Shown piece by piece: positions 27,804-32,000 of a DNA stretch of 32,000 bases. The notes beneath the pieces were generated by a model. The model searched no databases and was not told where the DNA came from. It worked only from the letters and a program-made list of their open reading frames with translations. How positions within the stretch are numbered: position 1 is the first letter of the stretch; every line of letters begins with the position of its first letter. Position numbers and translations under genes: made by a program. Source of the stretch: Candidatus Hermodarchaeota archaeon. GTDB lineage: Archaea; Asgardarchaeota; Heimdallarchaeia; Hodarchaeales; Hodarchaeaceae. The stretch spans positions 51,251-83,250 of the forward strand of contig JBHLKY010000018.1 in the NCBI GenBank assembly GCA_048886185.1, written 5' to 3'.

Positions 27804-28607
27804 ATGAGTATTGAGCGAGCAATTTATGAAATAAAAACAAAGCACGGAACAGCCCGTCTAATAAATAAAACTGTGGATCGAAGGGGTCTTCCAGTTCTTT
27901 TTGTTCATGGATTTGGTAGTTCACCTGAAATTTGGTTTAAATATCCTGATAGCCTTGGAAAATTCTTTTTACAAAAAAAAGAGATTGATGTATGGAGTTT
28001 AGGATTGTCAAACGCTATTAGTGGTGATATTGAGGTTCTCGCACAGGAAGATCTCTACACTTCATTGAGCTTTATATTCGAGAGGAGTGAAACACTGATT
28101 CATATCATTGCTCATAGTGTCGGGGGAATCATAGTGAGATTTCTTTTATGTCCCCATTTTCAGCATTCTGATTTAAAACCTGAAGAACTTGTTCAAGGAG
28201 TTTCCCTTCTATCTGTACCAAATCATGGAACTAATAAATTTAAGAGTGATAGAATTTGGAACACAATGAGTCTTATTACTAATTATATTAGGTTTAATCA
28301 ATTATTTGTTCAAGTACTTCGATCAAGTGAACTTATTAATGCATTGAATAACCAGAAACCATGCTTGAATCCCAAAGTAAAGTGGCAAAATGCGGTCAGT
28401 TCTTTCGATAACTTAATTGAACCGGAAAGTATGAGATTTATGGAAGAAGAATTGTTAGATATAGATCTTATACAAAAAGAGTTTCCCTGTGATCATATTG
28501 TTTACCCTTTAAAATGGCTTTTTAATGACAATTATCCACCCATCCATAGATACTCACCTGTTGCTGAGTGGATATATAAGAATGCCTTCACCAAAATCAG
28601 TCAATAG
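27804..28607 (+). CDS. lipase/esterase-like alpha/beta hydrolase
   Basis: Oxyanion motif VHGF, nucleophile elbow AHSVGG (S105), PNHGT, FDNLI (Asp), CDH (His). Starts 51 nt after plsY. Confidence 0.8.
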   Translation: MSIERAIYEIKTKHGTARLINKTVDRRGLPVLFVHGFGSSPEIWFKYPDSLGKFFLQKKEIDVWSLGLSNAISGDIEVLAQEDLYTSLSFIFERSETLIHIIAHSVGGIIVRFLLCPHFQHSDLKPEELVQGVSLLSVPNHGTNKFKSDRIWNTMSLITNYIRFNQLFVQVLRSSELINALNNQKPCLNPKVKWQNAVSSFDNLIEPESMRFMEEELLDIDLIQKEFPCDHIVYPLKWLFNDNYPPIHRYSPVAEWIYKNAFTKISQ

Positions 28608-28877
28608 CAAAACTTGTGTTTATAATATTGAGTTTTTAAGATAGTGTCTTCGAATTGAACCTCCTTGACCTTGAATTAAAGAGAAAATTAAATGGCATGT
28701 AAATATTGTTTGCTACAAATTTATTATGACCGGGAAATCAATAAGAAATCTTTCATTGATGTTGTAATGGATGAATTTTCAAACGAATTTTCCAGTTATG
28801 TGTACTTAATCATAGCAAAAGATAGTTGTTAATACATAATCGTCGTAAGCATCTCTAAATATGTTTTTCTTGTTGTA

Positions 28878-29417
28878 TCATTTATATATCTGTAGAAACT
28901 CATATTTTTCGGGATTATCTTCTTTAATTGCTTCAGCAGCAAGTTTAACATCAATTTGGATAATTGGTTCTAATTGTTTCCTCAATTCTTTCGGATCCTG
29001 TGATTTTCTTGTGAACAAAAATAGAGCTTTCCACAGGTGGCCTTCAACAAGATTGATTGCTTCTTTTGTATTTATCTTGAATACTGGATCAAAATTTTCT
29101 CTAAAAGTATTCTCATCATTAGTTTCACTCACAGAGAAAATTAATAATTTCCAGATGTGTTCTCTGACTTTACCTGTGTCAATTTTGACTATTGGTTCTA
29201 GTTGTTTCCTCAATTCATCTGGATCCTGCAATTCTCTTGTTAAAGAGTATAATGTTGACCAAAAAGAGTCTTCAACTAGTTCAAATGCTTCATTTGAATT
29301 TATTTTAAATATTGGCTCATATTTTTCCCTAAAAGCCCCCTCATCACCGATTGTACTGGTTAAGGAACAAACTAACATCCAGAAATGCTTTTTGATCTTT
29401 TCTTGGTATTCTCCCAT
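28878..29417 (-). CDS. helical repeat protein (2 x 76 aa, each built of 40- and 36-aa subrepeats)
   Basis: W at aa 13/53/89/129 and P at 35/75/111/151. QDPxELRKQLEPI occurs twice; the DNA repeat has a 228-nt period (28963 vs 29191). Confidence 0.7.
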   Translation of the reverse strand: MGEYQEKIKKHFWMLVCSLTSTIGDEGAFREKYEPIFKINSNEAFELVEDSFWSTLYSLTRELQDPDELRKQLEPIVKIDTGKVREHIWKLLIFSVSETNDENTFRENFDPVFKINTKEAINLVEGHLWKALFLFTRKSQDPKELRKQLEPIIQIDVKLAAEAIKEDNPEKYEFLQIYK

Positions 29418-29731
29418 ATCATCACCGATTTGAGTCTATGGATACTAAAGTTCTTTCTTCTTGTTTTATTAAAAAAGATAATTTAAACATATTATATTTT
29501 GTCCATCATGTTAAATCTTTTCTGTCAGTAAAAATATATTTTTCGATAATATGTCTTTAAAGTATTCTAAATTAGTGTAAGCTAGTAAAAATAGTGATAA
29601 ATGCGTCACAGGTATATATCACAATTGGCTTTTTTTCCGTATTTGTTTCAAGAGATACGAAAAAAAATCAAGAACTTTTATGGATACTGGTAATCCAACA
29701 AATGGTAATACTTCAGTTCAAATTTATCCTA

Positions 29732-30127
29732 TTATTGATCATTCTCCTTTGGGTCTGATTTTTTTATTACAATAATTTGATCTGTTCCATCAGGACAACA
29801 AGAGTCGACGAATCCGATTACTTTTTGCATCCGAGCGATGACCTTTGTAACAATAGTTTTTCCCTCTGAGGTTATTGCGTAGGTTTTTATCCTCTGATCG
29901 CGGTCCTCTTCGCCCGTGTTCGTTGTTTCGAGAATAAAGCCTTTTTCCAATAATTTCTGTAGTATTTTGTAGGTGGCCCCAGGTGTAGGTGACCAATCCT
30001 CGCCTAAATCTTCTTTGACTTGATTAACAATCTCTGTCCCTGAAACATCGTTATGATTATGGAGTACTAGTAAAAATAATGCTTCTGTAGGGGTGACATC
30101 GAGGTTTTTGCCAAACATGAGATCCAC
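29732..30127 (-). CDS. PadR-family transcriptional regulator with C-terminal Cys-Cys
   Basis: SGTEI...WSPTPGATYKILQKLLEKGFI...RIKTYAITSEG is the PadR wHTH pattern. DSCCPD at aa 108-113. Start is GTG 30127 or ATG 30118. Confidence 0.85.
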   Translation of the reverse strand: MDLMFGKNLDVTPTEALFLLVLHNHNDVSGTEIVNQVKEDLGEDWSPTPGATYKILQKLLEKGFILETTNTGEEDRDQRIKTYAITSEGKTIVTKVIARMQKVIGFVDSCCPDGTDQIIVIKKSDPKENDQ

Positions 30128-30175
30128 TTATTCATAATATACCTAATTCGATATATTTAAAAATGTTTGTTATAG

Positions 30176-30214
30176 GGAATATTCCTGTGGAATATTCTAC
30201 TAAATTATTCCTGA
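30176..30214. promoter_or_regulatory. three 13-bp-period palindromic boxes in the padR/arsM divergent promoter
   Basis: GGAATATTCC-TGT (30176), GGAATATTCT-ACT (30189), AAATTATTCC-TGA (30202). A shared AT box ATATATTTAAAAA lies at 30151-30163. Confidence 0.55.
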
Positions 30215-30241
30215 TCTCTACTATATATGGATTGAAGCAGA

Positions 30242-31192
30242 ATGACAGAACAGAAAATCAAAAAATTGGATGAAAAACAGCCCAGCAGTTATTCCTGCTG
30301 CGAATCAGGTTCAAATGAAACAGAAAGCACTGTTCGTGAATCTAAAACAGCCCAGGCAGATGAAATTCGTAAAAAAGTTCGTAATCAATACGCTACAATT
30401 GCTTCAGGTAACTTTGATCCTGAAAATCCCATTACGGTGGAAGAATCGTCCAGAGAAGCAAGTGGCTATACCGAGTATTCACAAGATGAACTTTCAAGTC
30501 TCCCTAAAGGTGCAAATCTCGGTCTAGGATCTGGTAACCCAGTTGCATTAGCAAATATCCAAGAAGGGGAAACAGTTGTAGACTTGGGTTCTGGAGCAGG
30601 TATAGATTGTTTCTTAGCTGCCAAAAAGGTTGGTGAGTCGGGAAAAGTTATCGGAATTGACATGACACCTGAAATGATTGATAAGGCCCGAAATAACGCA
30701 AGACAAAATAAGTATCACACAGTTGAGTTCCGACTTGGCGAAATTGAACATCTACCTCTTGCAGACAATTCTGTTGATGTTATTGTCTCTAATTGCGTCA
30801 TCAATTTGTCTCCTGATAAATCACAGGTGTTTAGAGATGCCTATCGTGTTTTAAAACCAGGAGGCCGATTGGTTGTTTCTGATATAGTTCTTAATCATGA
30901 ATTCCCCGAAGTTGTGAAAAAAGCTCTAGATATGCCCGGGTGTGTATCGAGAGCGTGGATTAAAGAAGACTATCTAGGTGTAATTGAGGCAGCTGGTTTT
31001 GAAAGAGCGGAACTTCTCGAAGCGGAGCTTATCAAACCTCAAAAACAGCCTATTGAAGTAGGTGATGGTTTGAGAATACGAAAGCTTCGAACATACGACA
31101 AAGAGGTTGAAATCGAACTTACTCCAGAAGAGGATGAACGATTACTCAATACAATTATGAAGGGCCACATTCGAGCTTATAAACCATTTTAG
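30242..31192 (+). CDS. arsM: arsenite S-adenosylmethionine methyltransferase
   Basis: VRNQY, LGLGSGNP, VVDLGSGAGID, GIDMTPEMI, RLGEIEHLPLADNSVDVIVSNCVINL, LKPGGRL, GCVS. Confidence 0.85.
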   Translation: MTEQKIKKLDEKQPSSYSCCESGSNETESTVRESKTAQADEIRKKVRNQYATIASGNFDPENPITVEESSREASGYTEYSQDELSSLPKGANLGLGSGNPVALANIQEGETVVDLGSGAGIDCFLAAKKVGESGKVIGIDMTPEMIDKARNNARQNKYHTVEFRLGEIEHLPLADNSVDVIVSNCVINLSPDKSQVFRDAYRVLKPGGRLVVSDIVLNHEFPEVVKKALDMPGCVSRAWIKEDYLGVIEAAGFERAELLEAELIKPQKQPIEVGDGLRIRKLRTYDKEVEIELTPEEDERLLNTIMKGHIRAYKPF

Positions 31193-31348
31193 ACCTTTAG
31201 ATCTGAAATTATCACTAGGTTTTTAGAGAAATTGTCTTTGATCTTCGGATTATCTCATCCTTTTTTTCTCTTTTAAACTAAGTCAATTATTAAAGTTTGA
31301 GGCATAAATGGTTGAAATAAAATCACATAATTGAACTGAAAGAAGAAA

Positions 31349-32000
31349 TCATTGAAATAGCAGAGTTTCAGAGTTTATAGAACCAAAAATATGAATTAAA
31401 ATTCCAAGAATCTCGTTTAAATGAGCAATGATAAGCTCTTCATCAATTTTATAAGGACACCAAGCAAGGTAAAGAACATTATTCGTTTTTAGTGTTATAG
31501 ATGTCCTTCTTGCTGGTCCATACAGAATAGAGGCAAGTAAGCCTTCATGATCTTTAAGAACCACATCATTCGCTTTCAATATTTGCTTTTGGCCATTTAT
31601 CTTGAGGTAACTCTCTCCTCCTCGTGAGATGTCGAAAAATAAATCACCTTGAATCGAATCCAGATCATGCCCAGAAGTCAAAATTCTATTATTCAACTCT
31701 GATATAAACATACTATCCACTAGCACAGAAACTTGAGGAAATCTCCCACCTCTTTTTATCGTGTTAATCTGGTACTCTATGGGATAAGTTTTATTCCAGA
31801 TCTTGAAATATGCATTGTAATTCTGTATCATGCTGTCTAGATCCACATTATCATAATCTTCTCTTATTTCTCTTTCTAAGTCTCGTTTACGTTCTTCTAA
31901 TGCATTATAACTCTTCTCATTCAACACATTCTTTACTGTAAGACTTCCGAATATCGATTCAGGATATGCCTTTTTCAAATCAGGCGTGACTTGTATGTCC
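31349..32000 (-). CDS. B3/B4 domain protein (PheT editing-domain-like); 5' end at or just beyond window edge
   Basis: Frame stays open upstream of the track start (…DIQVTPDLKKAYP). Motifs LVDSMF, SGHDLDSIQG, DVVLKDHEG, GPARRT. Confidence 0.75.
   Translation of the reverse strand, partial: DIQVTPDLKKAYPESIFGSLTVKNVLNEKSYNALEERKRDLEREIREDYDNVDLDSMIQNYNAYFKIWNKTYPIEYQINTIKRGGRFPQVSVLVDSMFISELNNRILTSGHDLDSIQGDLFFDISRGGESYLKINGQKQILKANDVVLKDHEGLLASILYGPARRTSITLKTNNVLYLAWCPYKIDEELIIAHLNEILGILIHIFGSINSETLLFQ

Noticed and set aside
28692-28832. 46-aa ORF MACKYCLLQ... downstream of the lipase
   Set aside because: It has a single CxxC, no clear ribosome site and no recognisable family; too short to support.
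28861-29433. 190-aa plus-strand ORF
   Set aside because: It is the antisense shadow of the minus-strand repeat protein. Its Ser/Phe-rich composition mirrors the Glu/Lys codons on the other strand.
13153-30663. Short track ORFs 13153-13413, 14384-14752, 16772-16981, 21206-21427, 21826-22146, 23929-24111, 27335-27706, 29790-29996, 30270-30527, 30466-30663
   Set aside because: These are shadow or alternate-frame ORFs within motif-supported genes.
1-32000. rRNA, tRNA, transposase, integrase or prophage features
   Set aside because: No cloverleaf-like or GC-rich structural RNA stretch and no recombinase or transposase motifs were seen by eye. A tRNAscan/Infernal run would be needed to exclude small RNAs.

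Overview
AT-rich archaeal DNA with TATA-box promoters and GGAG/GAGGT ribosome sites. It most likely comes from an Asgard archaeon (Heimdallarchaeia/Hodarchaeales-like). This is inferred from a Rab-like small GTPase, a longin-like protein, a folliculin/uDENN-like cytoplasmic domain and a PGF-type C-terminal sorting signal. Gene content left to right: partial alpha/beta hydrolase, tungsten aldehyde:ferredoxin oxidoreductase, metallophosphoesterase, small membrane proteins, a PGF-CTERM surface protein, TIGR04076 protein, an ABC-exporter/DUF2178/XRE operon with a tandem palindromic operator, Rab-like GTPase, stand-alone 7TM protein, longin-like protein, DUF3795, wHTH-methyltransferase, a glycyl radical enzyme plus activase, a 1133-aa single-pass surface protein, a Zn-ribbon/polyproline/coiled-coil protein, a fakA-fakB-plsY-lipase gene cluster, a helical repeat protein, a PadR/arsM divergon and a partial B3/B4 protein. 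The best candidates for undescribed biology are four: (1) the fakA-fakB-plsY-lipase cluster, a bacterial-type route from free fatty acid to acyl-phosphate to acyl-glycerophosphate in an archaeon, with a PlsY whose active site has diverged; (2) the Ig-repeat receptor-like protein with an intracellular FLCN/uDENN-like longin domain; (3) an HpdB-like glycyl radical decarboxylase with an altered substrate pocket and no small subunit; (4) a VASP-like polyproline/coiled-coil protein. No rRNA, tRNA, CRISPR array or transposase was recognised. All family calls rest on motif recognition and remembered reference sequences; no database search was run.
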